This document shows positions 27,463-36,347 of a DNA stretch of 64,000 bases, piece by piece. Every line of letters begins with the position of its first letter. Position 1 is the first letter of the stretch. The notes under the pieces were generated by a model. That model saw only the letters and a program-made list of their open reading frames with translations. It was not told the origin of the DNA and made no database searches. Origin of the DNA: Clostridia bacterium (lineage in GTDB: Bacteria > Bacillota > Clostridia > Christensenellales > Borkfalkiaceae); assembly GCA_017507045.1 (NCBI GenBank), contig JAFWBP010000016.1, forward strand, positions 231 to 64,230. The letters are read 5' to 3'. Position numbers and translations under genes: made by a program.

Positions 27463-27493
27463 ATTGCAGACTCATACTTTGCGGTGAATGTTT

Positions 27494-30121
27494 ATGAAAG
27501 AAATGCAAACAACCTACAATCCGAGAGATTTCGAGGATAAAATATATGCGAATTGGCTGAAAAAGGGCTCTTTTGAGGCAAAAATCGATCCAAAGAAGAT
27601 TCCTTTTACCGTTATGATGCCGCCCCCCAACATCACGGGGCAGCTTCACATGGGGCACGCGATGGATGAAACGATGCAGGATATCGTCGTTCGCTTCCGC
27701 AGAATGCAGGGGTATTCCGTGCTTTGGCAGCCGGGAACCGATCACGCTTCCCTTGCAACGGAGCATAAAATAGTGGAGAAGATGCGCGAGGAGGGTATTT
27801 CGAAAGAAGAACTCGGTCGCGAAAAATTCTTGGAGCGTGCGTGGGCGTGGAAGGAGCAGTACGGCGGCAGAATCGTAGAACAGCTCAAAAAGCTCGGTTC
27901 TTCGTGCGATTGGTCTCGCCTGGCCTTCACGATGGATGAAAAATGCTCTCGCGCCGTTCGCGAGGCGTTCTTCCAGCTTTACCAAAAAGGGCTCATCTAC
28001 CGCGGAAGCCGCATCATCAATTGGTGCCCCGTTTGCAAAACGGCACTCTCAGATGAAGAAGTGGCGTATGCCGAGGACGCAGGTCATTTCTGGCACTTCA
28101 ATTATCCCGTAGAGGGGACGGATGAATTTATCACGATTGCAACGACCCGCCCTGAAACGATGCTCGGCGATACGGCGGTTGCCGTTCACCCCGAGGACAA
28201 GCGCTACGCGCACCTCGTGGGCAAAATGCTGCATCTTCCGCTCACCGATCGTAAGATTCCCGTCGTTGCCGATGAATACGTTGATCCTGAATTCGGTACG
28301 GGCGCGGTGAAGATTACGCCTGCGCACGATCCCAACGACTTTGAAGTGGGGCTTCGCAACAACTTGCCGATGATCCGCATCATGAATGACGACGGCACGA
28401 TCAACGAGCAGGGCGGTAAGTTTGCAGGGCTTGATCGCTACGAGGCGAGAAAACGCCTCGTGGCAGAGATGGATGCGCTCGGTCTTCTCGTTAAAATCGA
28501 GAATCATTCGCATAACGTTGGTCATTGCCACCGCTGTAATGCAACGTTAGAGCCCATCGTATCCAAGCAGTGGTTCGTGAAGATGGCGTCCCTCGCAAAA
28601 CCTGCGATCGACGCAGTTATGAAAAGTAAAACGAAGTTTACGCCCGATCGCTTTGCAAAAATCTATTACAACTGGCTGGAAAACATCCGCGATTGGTGCA
28701 TTTCCCGCCAACTTTGGTGGGGGCACCGCATTCCCGTGTGGTACTGCGAGGATTGCGGCAAGGAAACGTGTGCCCGTGAGGAAGTTACCCTCTGCCCGAA
28801 GTGCGGCGGCACGCATCTTCATCAGGATGAGGATTGCCTTGATACGTGGTTTTCCTCTGCGCTTTGGCCGTTCTCCACGCTCGGTTGGCCCGAACAGACG
28901 CCTGAATTCAACTATTTCTACCCGACGGACGTGCTCGTAACGGGCTACGATATCATACCCTTCTGGGTTATGCGCATGATGTTCTCCGGACTTCGCTACA
29001 CGGGGAAGGTTCCCTTCCACGACGTGCTCATTCACGGCCTCGTGCGCGACGAGCAGGGGAGAAAGATGAGCAAATCGCTCGGTAACGGCATTGATCCGCT
29101 CGTCGTCATTGAAAAATACGGTGCGGATTCTCTGCGCCTTTCCCTTGTAACGGGTGTTGCACCCGGAAACGATACGCGTTTCACCGAAGGAAAAGTGGAG
29201 GCGGCACGCAACTTTATCAATAAAATCTGGAACGCCTCGCGCTTCGTTCTTATGAACGCAAAGGATACTGAAGTTCCCAAGGATCTTTCGGGAATCAAGC
29301 TTGCGCCCGCCGATCGGTGGATCATTTCCCGTTTGCAGGCGACCATTCGCGAAGTTACCGTTTCTTTGCAGAAGTACGATCTCGGCATCGCCGCGGATAA
29401 ACTCACGAGCTTTGCATGGGATGATTTTTGCGATTGGTACATCGAGCTTTCCAAGCCCGCGCTCTACGGGAATGATCCCGAAAGAAAGCGCTCCACGCTC
29501 GGCGTGCTCTTCTACGTGCTCACCAACCTCTTAAAGCTTTTGCATCCGTTTGCGCCCTTCGTCACGGAGGAGATCTACGGATACCTGCCCCATACGAAAG
29601 GGGATATCATTTCGGCAGAATATCCGCGCTACAATTCCAAGCTTGCCTATAAGAAGGAAGCAAAGGCATTTGAAGGAGTTATCGAGCTTATTAAAGCGGT
29701 GCGTGCCATTAAAGTTTCCGTTAATTGCCCGCCCGCCAAGAAGGTGCACCTCTATCTCATTACGGAAGCGCGCAGGCTTATTTCCGTAAATAAAAATTCC
29801 ATTCTCCGCCTTGCAGGCGCAAGGGAGATCGATTTCACAGAAAGCGGCGCGGCGGCAGGGGAGAAAACGGTTTCTCAGGTTACCGAGATCGCGCAGATCT
29901 TCATTCCGCTCGGCGAGCTCGTGAACATCGAGGAAGAGCGCGCACGCCTTCAAAAAGAGCTTGAGCGCGTTATCAGCGAAATTGCCCGTGCAGACGGCAA
30001 GCTTCAGAACAAGAATTTCCTTTTGAAGGCGCCCAAAAAGCTTGTGGAAGATGAAGCGGCGAAGAAGGAAAAGTACCTTGAAATGAAGGAAAAGATCGAG
30101 CAGCAGCTCAAATCACTGTAA
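27494..30121 (+). CDS. valS: Valine--tRNA ligase
   Basis: PPPNITGQLHMGHA (HIGH), KMSKSLGN and a C-terminal coiled coil. GGTG lies 7 nt before the ATG at 27494. Confidence 0.95.
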   Translation: MKEMQTTYNPRDFEDKIYANWLKKGSFEAKIDPKKIPFTVMMPPPNITGQLHMGHAMDETMQDIVVRFRRMQGYSVLWQPGTDHASLATEHKIVEKMREEGISKEELGREKFLERAWAWKEQYGGRIVEQLKKLGSSCDWSRLAFTMDEKCSRAVREAFFQLYQKGLIYRGSRIINWCPVCKTALSDEEVAYAEDAGHFWHFNYPVEGTDEFITIATTRPETMLGDTAVAVHPEDKRYAHLVGKMLHLPLTDRKIPVVADEYVDPEFGTGAVKITPAHDPNDFEVGLRNNLPMIRIMNDDGTINEQGGKFAGLDRYEARKRLVAEMDALGLLVKIENHSHNVGHCHRCNATLEPIVSKQWFVKMASLAKPAIDAVMKSKTKFTPDRFAKIYYNWLENIRDWCISRQLWWGHRIPVWYCEDCGKETCAREEVTLCPKCGGTHLHQDEDCLDTWFSSALWPFSTLGWPEQTPEFNYFYPTDVLVTGYDIIPFWVMRMMFSGLRYTGKVPFHDVLIHGLVRDEQGRKMSKSLGNGIDPLVVIEKYGADSLRLSLVTGVAPGNDTRFTEGKVEAARNFINKIWNASRFVLMNAKDTEVPKDLSGIKLAPADRWIISRLQATIREVTVSLQKYDLGIAADKLTSFAWDDFCDWYIELSKPALYGNDPERKRSTLGVLFYVLTNLLKLLHPFAPFVTEEIYGYLPHTKGDIISAEYPRYNSKLAYKKEAKAFEGVIELIKAVRAIKVSVNCPPAKKVHLYLITEARRLISVNKNSILRLAGAREIDFTESGAAAGEKTVSQVTEIAQIFIPLGELVNIEEERARLQKELERVISEIARADGKLQNKNFLLKAPKKLVEDEAAKKEKYLEMKEKIEQQLKSL

Positions 30122-30128
30122 AATTTGC

Positions 30129-30156
30129 ATGCGGTGGGAATTCCCACCGCATTTTG
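30129..30156 (+). terminator. Intrinsic terminator of valS
   Basis: Perfect palindrome ATGCGGTGGGAA/TTCCCACCGCAT followed by TTTT. Confidence 0.85.
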
Positions 30157-30214
30157 CGTTAAAATTAGAGAAAGAACGGCATTATATTTCTTTTGATAAT
30201 CGTGCGTTTGTCTG

Positions 30215-30243
30215 TTGACAATTTTGGCAATATTTGGTATGAT
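30215..30243 (+). promoter_or_regulatory. SigmaA promoter of adhE with extended -10
   Basis: TTGACA, a 17-nt spacer ending in TGG, then TATGAT. Confidence 0.7.
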
Positions 30244-30270
30244 AGTTCATGTAAAACCATGGAGGAAATT

Positions 30271-32877
30271 ATGAAGGACTTCATTGTGAACGACGAAGAT
30301 TCCCTTGCAAAGTTGCTTGCGCGCGTTCGTGCCGCGCAGGAGAAATTTGCAAAATTCACACAGGAGCAGGTAGATGAGATTTTCTACCGTGCCGCGCTCG
30401 CCGCAAACAAAGCGCGCATTCCGCTCGCCAAGCTCGCGGTGGAGGAGACGGGAATGGGTATCGTCGAGGATAAGGTCATCAAGAACCACTATGCCTCGGA
30501 ATATATCTATAACGCCTATAAGCACGAGAAAACGTGCGGCGTTATCGAGCACGACGAGGGCTTTGGCTACACGCGTATTGCAGAGCCGATCGGTGTGATC
30601 GCCGCCGTGATTCCAACAACGAACCCTACTTCTACCGCCATCTTTAAGTGCCTTATCTGCTTAAAGACGCGTAACGGCCTTATCATCTCGCCCCATCCTC
30701 GGGCAAAGAAGAGCACCATTGCGGCAGCGAAGATCGTTTTGGAAGCGGCTGTGAAGGCAGGCGCGCCCGAAGATATCATTAGCTGGATCGATGAACCCAC
30801 CGTGCCGCTCTCCGGAATGATTATGCGAGAGGCGGATATGATCCTCGCCACCGGCGGACCCGGAATGGTGCGAGCGGCGTATTCTTCCGGAAAGCCCGCG
30901 CTTGGCGTTGGTGCGGGTAACGTACCCGCCGTCGTGGATAGCTCTGCAGATATCAAGCTCGCGGCATCCTCCATTCTTCACTCAAAAACGTTTGATAACG
31001 GTATGATCTGCGCCTCCGAACAGGCGGCGATCGTGCATAAGGATATTTACGACGCATTCAAGCAGGAGATGCAAATGCGCGGCGCTTACTTTTTGAACCC
31101 TGAAGAAACGGAGAAGGTAAGAAAGACGATCATCATCAACGGCGCGCTCAATTCACGCATCGTGGGGCAATCCGCAGAAAAGATCGCCACGCTTTCCGGC
31201 TGCTGCGTTCCCGCGGGAACGCGCGTGCTCGTGGGCGAGGTGGAATCGGTAGAACTCAGTGAAGAATTTGCCCACGAAAAGCTTTCGCCCGTACTTGCAA
31301 TGTATCGTGCAGAGGATTTTGCAGACGCCATTGAAAAGGCGGATCGCCTCGTTCAGGACGGCGGACTCGGGCACACTTCTTCACTCTATATCAACACGGC
31401 TACGGAGGGCAAAAAGCTTGAAGCGTTCCGCGCCCGCATGAAAACGTGCCGTATCGTCGTAAATACGCCTTCCTCTCACGGTGGCATCGGCGATCTATAC
31501 AATTTCAAATTTGCACCGTCGCTTACGCTCGGCTGCGGCTCCTGGGGCGGAAATTCTGTTTCGGAGAACGTGGGCGTGAAGCACCTCATCAATATTAAAA
31601 CCGTTGCGGAAAGGAAGGAAAATATGCTGTGGTTCAGAGCACCCGAAAAGATTTATTTCAAGCGCGGTAGCCTTGGCGTTGCGCTCAAAGAGCTTGGCGA
31701 AGTTTATAAGAAGAGAAAGGCTTTCATCGTAACCGATAAATTCCTTTTCGATAGCGGCTTCACAAAGCAAATCACGAAAATTCTTGAGGAGCAGGGGATC
31801 ACCCACGCCACCTTCTTTAACGTAACGCCCGATCCCACGCTCGCTTGCGCGAATGAAGGCGTTCAGCAGATGCGTGCATTTGAGCCGGACGTTATCATCG
31901 CAGTAGGTGGCGGCTCTCCCATGGATGCTGCAAAGATCATGTGGGTTCTTTACGAGCATCCCGAAGTTGATTTTGAGGATATGGCAATGCGCTTTACCGA
32001 TATCCGTAAGCGCGTTTATTCCTTCCCTCATATGGGAGAAAAGGCGCTCTTCGTTGCCATTCCCACAACGGCAGGTACGGGCAGCGAGGTTACGCCGTTT
32101 GCCGTTATCACCGATGAAAAAACGGGTACAAAGTACCCGATCGCCGATTACGAGCTTATGCCCGATATGGCGATCGTGGATGCCGATCTTATGATGAACA
32201 TTCCGAAGGGGCTTACTGCCGCTTCCGGTATCGACGCCGTGAGCCACGCGATGGAGGCCGTCGTCTCCCTCATGGCAACCGATTTCACGAACGGTACGGC
32301 AAAAGAAGCATTAAAGCTTCTCTTCGAATATCTGCCGCGCGCCTATGAAAAGGGTGCCGACGATGCGGAAGCTCGAGAGCGCGTTGCGAACGCGGCAACG
32401 ATGGCCGGTATGGCGTTTGCCAACGCATTCCTCGGCGTTTGCCATTCAATGGCGCACAAGCTCGGTTCTTATTTCCACCTTCCGCACGGCGTTGCCAATT
32501 CGCTTATGCTTGAAGAGGTGATCCGCTTCAACAGCTCGGAGTCGCCAGCAAAAATGGGTACTTTCCCGCAGTACGCTTATCCGCAGGCTCGGGCTCGGTA
32601 TGCCGACGTTGCGCGCTATCTTGGCTGCATGGGCAATACGGATGAAGCGCTCGTAGAAGCGCTCATAGAAAAATTAAACGAATTGCAACGGGCAATCGGG
32701 CAACCGAAAACGATAAAGGAAGCGCTTGAAGGCAAGTACAGCGAAGAGCAGTTCCTTGAAAAGCTCGATGAAATGACGGAGGCGGCGTTCGATGATCAGT
32801 GCACGGGCGCAAATCCCCGTTATCCCATGATGAGTGAAATTAAACAGATGTATCTGAACGCATATTACGGGAAATAA
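30271..32877 (+). CDS. adhE: Bifunctional acetaldehyde-CoA/alcohol dehydrogenase
   Basis: An ALDH domain followed by an Fe-ADH domain (GGGSPMDAAK and the HGVAN/His cluster). GGAGG lies 5 nt before the ATG at 30271. Confidence 0.93.
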   Translation: MKDFIVNDEDSLAKLLARVRAAQEKFAKFTQEQVDEIFYRAALAANKARIPLAKLAVEETGMGIVEDKVIKNHYASEYIYNAYKHEKTCGVIEHDEGFGYTRIAEPIGVIAAVIPTTNPTSTAIFKCLICLKTRNGLIISPHPRAKKSTIAAAKIVLEAAVKAGAPEDIISWIDEPTVPLSGMIMREADMILATGGPGMVRAAYSSGKPALGVGAGNVPAVVDSSADIKLAASSILHSKTFDNGMICASEQAAIVHKDIYDAFKQEMQMRGAYFLNPEETEKVRKTIIINGALNSRIVGQSAEKIATLSGCCVPAGTRVLVGEVESVELSEEFAHEKLSPVLAMYRAEDFADAIEKADRLVQDGGLGHTSSLYINTATEGKKLEAFRARMKTCRIVVNTPSSHGGIGDLYNFKFAPSLTLGCGSWGGNSVSENVGVKHLINIKTVAERKENMLWFRAPEKIYFKRGSLGVALKELGEVYKKRKAFIVTDKFLFDSGFTKQITKILEEQGITHATFFNVTPDPTLACANEGVQQMRAFEPDVIIAVGGGSPMDAAKIMWVLYEHPEVDFEDMAMRFTDIRKRVYSFPHMGEKALFVAIPTTAGTGSEVTPFAVITDEKTGTKYPIADYELMPDMAIVDADLMMNIPKGLTAASGIDAVSHAMEAVVSLMATDFTNGTAKEALKLLFEYLPRAYEKGADDAEARERVANAATMAGMAFANAFLGVCHSMAHKLGSYFHLPHGVANSLMLEEVIRFNSSESPAKMGTFPQYAYPQARARYADVARYLGCMGNTDEALVEALIEKLNELQRAIGQPKTIKEALEGKYSEEQFLEKLDEMTEAAFDDQCTGANPRYPMMSEIKQMYLNAYYGK

Positions 32878-32878
32878 G

Positions 32879-34381
32879 ATGCGAGGAATTCCAACGGCTG
32901 TAAACAGAATCAGAAGAAAGATATTTGCGGAAATTGCACGCATTGCCTTTGAATCGGAGGATGTGCGCGGCGATTTGGAAGCAGTGCCTTATTCGCTCAC
33001 GCCTTCCGAACGCCCACAGTTTCGCGAAAGCATCTACCGCGAGCGCGCCATAGCATCCGAGCGCGTTCGCCTTGCCATGGGGCTTTCGCTCAATCCGCAG
33101 AATCAACCGGTAAATCCCACCAATGGACTGGAAGAGAGCAATATCTCCGAGCGCTACTATGAACCTCCGCTCATGCAGGTGATTCCCTCGGCATGCGATA
33201 AATGTGAGGAAAACTCCTTTGTAGTGAGCAACCATTGCAGGCAATGTATTGCGCGTTACTGCGTTGAATCTTGCCCGGTGGACGCAGTTTACGTTCGGGA
33301 TGACGGTTACGCCGAGATTGATCAGGAAAAATGTATTCGCTGCGGAAAGTGCAAAGCGGCTTGCCCGTACGATGCGATCACCCATCAAATTCGCCCGTGC
33401 GCCGCGGCGTGCGGCGTGAACGCCATCTCCAGTGATGAATTGGGGCGCGCGTACATTCATCCCGAAAAGTGTGTGGGGTGTGGGCAATGCATGGTCACCT
33501 GCCCGTTTGGCGCAATTGCCGATAAATCACAGCTCTATCAACTCATTCGAGCGCTTAAGGGTGAAGATGAGATCATCGCGGAAGTTGCGCCTGCTATCGT
33601 TGGGCAGTTTGGGGAAAACGTAACCCTCGGGCAGCTCATAACTGCGCTAAAAAAACTCGGTTTTTCCGATGTTGTGGAAGTGGCGCACGGCGCCGACAGC
33701 GCTGCAAAAGCTGAGGCACGCACTTATGCCACGAAGGTAGCAACGGGAAAGCTGCCTTATCTGCTCACTTCCTGTTGCCCCAGCTGGAGTATGCTCGCAA
33801 AGCGAGAAATTTCCGATAAGGTAGAGCTCGTTTCGAGCGAGCTAACGCCTATGGTGGCAACGGCGCAAAAAATCAAAGAGAAATCTCCCAAGGCTCACGT
33901 TGTATTCATTGGCCCGTGTGCGGCAAAAAAACTGGAAGCACTGCGAAAGGACGTGCGCAGCGAGGTTGAATTCGTAATTACTTTCGAGGAGCTTGCCGCG
34001 ATCTTCGAAGCGCGAGGGATTGATCCTGCCACTTGCACCGAAGAGGTGTGGAACGGGGCTACCGCGGCGGGAAGGGGATACGGCGCGGCCGGCGGCGTTG
34101 CAGATGCGATTGAACGCTGTGTGCGCGAATATTATCCCGATACCGAAGTGAAGATCGAGCACGCGGAAGGGCTTTTCGATTGCAGAAAGATGCTCACACT
34201 CGCCAAACACGGTAAAAAGAACGGATGTCTCATCGAAGGAATGGGGTGTCCGGGCGGCTGTGCTGGCGGCGCCGGCGTGAATATACCTGTGGCAAAAGGG
34301 GTGCGAGCCGTGCAAAAATTTGCCGCAGATACGCAAAAAAAGCTCCCTGATGCCCAGTCAGAGAGCGAAAATAAGAATTAA
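32879..34381 (+). CDS. Monomeric [FeFe]-hydrogenase family protein with two 4Fe-4S ferredoxin motifs
   Basis: CxxCxxCxxxCP occurs twice. H-cluster motifs: TSCCPSW (L1), GPCAAKKLE (L2, G in place of the usual M) and EGMGCPGGCAGG (L3). Confidence 0.8.
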   Translation: MRGIPTAVNRIRRKIFAEIARIAFESEDVRGDLEAVPYSLTPSERPQFRESIYRERAIASERVRLAMGLSLNPQNQPVNPTNGLEESNISERYYEPPLMQVIPSACDKCEENSFVVSNHCRQCIARYCVESCPVDAVYVRDDGYAEIDQEKCIRCGKCKAACPYDAITHQIRPCAAACGVNAISSDELGRAYIHPEKCVGCGQCMVTCPFGAIADKSQLYQLIRALKGEDEIIAEVAPAIVGQFGENVTLGQLITALKKLGFSDVVEVAHGADSAAKAEARTYATKVATGKLPYLLTSCCPSWSMLAKREISDKVELVSSELTPMVATAQKIKEKSPKAHVVFIGPCAAKKLEALRKDVRSEVEFVITFEELAAIFEARGIDPATCTEEVWNGATAAGRGYGAAGGVADAIERCVREYYPDTEVKIEHAEGLFDCRKMLTLAKHGKKNGCLIEGMGCPGGCAGGAGVNIPVAKGVRAVQKFAADTQKKLPDAQSESENKN

Positions 34382-34442
34382 GCATAGTACTATGTGAGGC
34401 ATAATACTCATCAAACAGATAAAAAATTTGCTTTATCACATC

Positions 34443-34471
34443 AAAAAAGCGCCCTGCTCGGGGCGCTTTTT
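34443..34471. terminator. Bidirectional intrinsic terminator (hydrogenase / rplI)
   Basis: A6, then stem AGCGCCC/GGGCGCT, then T5. Confidence 0.8.
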
Positions 34472-34481
34472 GCTTGTTCTT

Positions 34482-34928
34482 TTATTCAAGTGGAACAACG
34501 TTTACCTTGATCTTTGCGATTACCCCTTCGATGAGGCGAATTTCCGCATCGAAAACGCCAAGCTGGCGGAAACCGATTTTTGCGTTGATCTTCTTCTTAT
34601 CCACCTCAAAGCCGAGCGCAAAGAGGGCTTCAGAGATCTTTTCCGTAGTCACTGAGCCGAATACTTTGCCGTTGTTGCCTACGCGAATGGGAACCGTTAC
34701 GGTGGTTCCATCGATCTTCGCCGCAAGTTCCTTTTGTGCTTTTATATTTTCTGCTTTATGGAAGGCAACCGCCGTGCGCTTTTGCTGAATTTCATTGATG
34801 CCGCCCGCCGTAGCGATATCAGCGAGGCCCTTCTTCAAGAGGAAATTTTTTGCGTAGCCATCGGAGACTTCAATGATATCTCCCTTCTTGCCGCTGCCTT
34901 TCACATCTGCCTTAAGAATGACTTTCAT
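34482..34928 (-). CDS. rplI: 50S ribosomal protein L9
   Basis: MKVILKADVKGSGKKGDIIEVSDGYAKNFL..., 148 aa, AAGGAAAAAG RBS. The track ORF up to 35360 is a spurious 5' extension. Confidence 0.93.
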   Translation of the reverse strand: MKVILKADVKGSGKKGDIIEVSDGYAKNFLLKKGLADIATAGGINEIQQKRTAVAFHKAENIKAQKELAAKIDGTTVTVPIRVGNNGKVFGSVTTEKISEALFALGFEVDKKKINAKIGFRQLGVFDAEIRLIEGVIAKIKVNVVPLE

Positions 34929-34962
34929 ATACTTTTTCCTTATGGGATTTATTTCATCTGTT

Positions 34963-34991
34963 ATTTTACAGAAATTTCCTGCGTTTGTCAA
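34963..34991 (-). promoter_or_regulatory. SigmaA promoter of rplI
   Basis: On the minus strand: TTGACA, a 17-nt spacer, then TAAAAT. Confidence 0.65.
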
Positions 34992-35039
34992 GATATTTTT
35001 CCGAAAAAGAGCAATACTGTGAAGAAGGAGGGATGTAAA

Positions 35040-35198
35040 ATGGAATTTGGTAATATCAACAGCGGTGTATCCTGCGGTGTTACAGATTGCAGATTCAACC
35101 GTGACGGCATGTTGTGTGAGCTTGATAAGATCCACGTGGGTAATACTTGCGATTGCGAGCATTGCACCTGCTGCGACAGCTTTGTAAAGAGAAGCTAA
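35040..35198 (+). CDS. DUF1540-family small Cys-rich protein (52 aa)
   Basis: MEFGNINSGVSCGVTDCRFNRDGMLCELDKIHVGNTCDCEHCTCCDSFVKRS fits the C.V..C.FN....C....I.V....T.C.SF pattern. GAAGGAGGG RBS; it is hidden inside the longer track ORF 34734-35198. Confidence 0.7.
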   Translation: MEFGNINSGVSCGVTDCRFNRDGMLCELDKIHVGNTCDCEHCTCCDSFVKRS

Positions 35199-35203
35199 CG
35201 AGG

Positions 35204-35224
35204 GGGAGCATTTGCTCCCTTTTT
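35204..35224 (+). terminator. Intrinsic terminator of the DUF1540 gene
   Basis: GGGAGC attt GCTCCC followed by T5. Confidence 0.75.
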
Positions 35225-35392
35225 GTATAAAAGCACATTGATTGCACAAAGTAACATCGCAGCGGAGGATCCGCTTATTGATAGAGTTTTTGCCGCAGAT
35301 TACCCTCGGCAAAAACGCGGAGGGGGCGCAACTTGCGCCCCCTCTTGATATATCTTGCATGGTGAGGGCTGCACGAGCATAAATTAGTACGT

Positions 35393-36307
35393 ATGAAACT
35401 TCGAAGCTTTTTGAAATTTTTTATTGCTGCATTGCCGTTTATTACCGTTTTCGTTATAGTAGCGGCAGTAATTTTTTATCCGAAGGAACACGAGAAAGAG
35501 AATGCGGAAAAGCGGATCGTGCGCATTTGGAACGTTGATACATTCGAGGGTGGGAAGGGATCGCGCACCGCATTCTTGCGGAATGTGGCCCGCCGAGTAG
35601 AAAAGGAACGTGAGGGGGTGTATTTCCTCATTTCGAGCTACACCGCGGAGGGAGCGGAAGCAGCTTTTTCCAAGGGGGAAGCGCCCGATATGTTATCCTT
35701 CGGCGTGGGGCTTTCCACCTTTGCAGAGAAATCACTTCCATTGCCGTATTCGTTTGCCGGTGGTGATCTGGAAGGGAAAACGCTCGCCTATCCTTGGTGC
35801 AGAGGGGGATATTCTCTCTTTTCGCTCGATGAACGCTTTGATCAAGAGGGGCGTGTTGCCATTTCGGTTGGGGGAAGCAATCTTCCCGAGGTTGCCGCGC
35901 GGTACGCCAAAATTTTTGGAGAGGAGGTGGAATCCACCGCAGCGTACGTGGGTTTTCTCAGCGGAAAGTACCGCTACCTCCTCGGAACACAGCGAGATAT
36001 CTGCCGTTTTCAGACGCGAGGCGCTTCCGTTTACGAGAAAAAACTTTCCGCCTACAACGATCTCTACCAATATCTCTCCCTGCTTTCCAATGAAAATCGG
36101 GAGGATTGTCTTGCGTTTTTTGAGGTTCTTCTCTCCGAGAAGGTGCAGAGCAGCCTTTTTGAGATCGGTATGTTTCCCGTTGAGGGGGATGAGAGCGAGC
36201 GGACGGTGAACGTCTTTTCTGATAAAAACGCCTTAGAAAATATACGAATTCTTGCAAAGCAAGAAGTTGATGAAAAAAATCTCGACAATTTTTTAAAAAC
36301 CATTTGA
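35393..36307 (+). CDS. Membrane-anchored hypothetical protein (N-terminal TM, extracytoplasmic domain)
   Basis: 304-aa ORF with TM FIAALPFITVFVIVAAVIF; no motif recognised. It lies upstream of murB. Confidence 0.5.
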   Translation: MKLRSFLKFFIAALPFITVFVIVAAVIFYPKEHEKENAEKRIVRIWNVDTFEGGKGSRTAFLRNVARRVEKEREGVYFLISSYTAEGAEAAFSKGEAPDMLSFGVGLSTFAEKSLPLPYSFAGGDLEGKTLAYPWCRGGYSLFSLDERFDQEGRVAISVGGSNLPEVAARYAKIFGEEVESTAAYVGFLSGKYRYLLGTQRDICRFQTRGASVYEKKLSAYNDLYQYLSLLSNENREDCLAFFEVLLSEKVQSSLFEIGMFPVEGDESERTVNVFSDKNALENIRILAKQEVDEKNLDNFLKTI

Positions 36308-36347
36308 ATTATGCGAAGAAATATGGTAGAATGGTAGGAGCATTAAT

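Noticed and set aside
27382-27493. A T-box leader for valS, or a TPP riboswitch for the NMT1/THI5-like transporter.
   Set aside because: The consensus valS promoter sits about 30 nt from the start codon, leaving no room for a ~200-nt T-box. The opposite-strand leader is under 100 nt and lacks the CUGAGA / ACCUGAUCUGGAUAAUGCCAGCG-type TPP elements.
27308-27985. A 225-aa minus-strand ORF spanning the SBP start, the intergenic region and the valS 5' end.
   Set aside because: It overlaps two well-supported genes and a consensus promoter, and has no RBS or recognisable motif.
34929-35360. The 144-aa N-terminal extension of L9 in track ORF 34482-35360.
   Set aside because: L9 starts at the canonical MKVILK with its own RBS and promoter. 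The extension overlaps a well-supported plus-strand DUF1540 gene and several hairpins.
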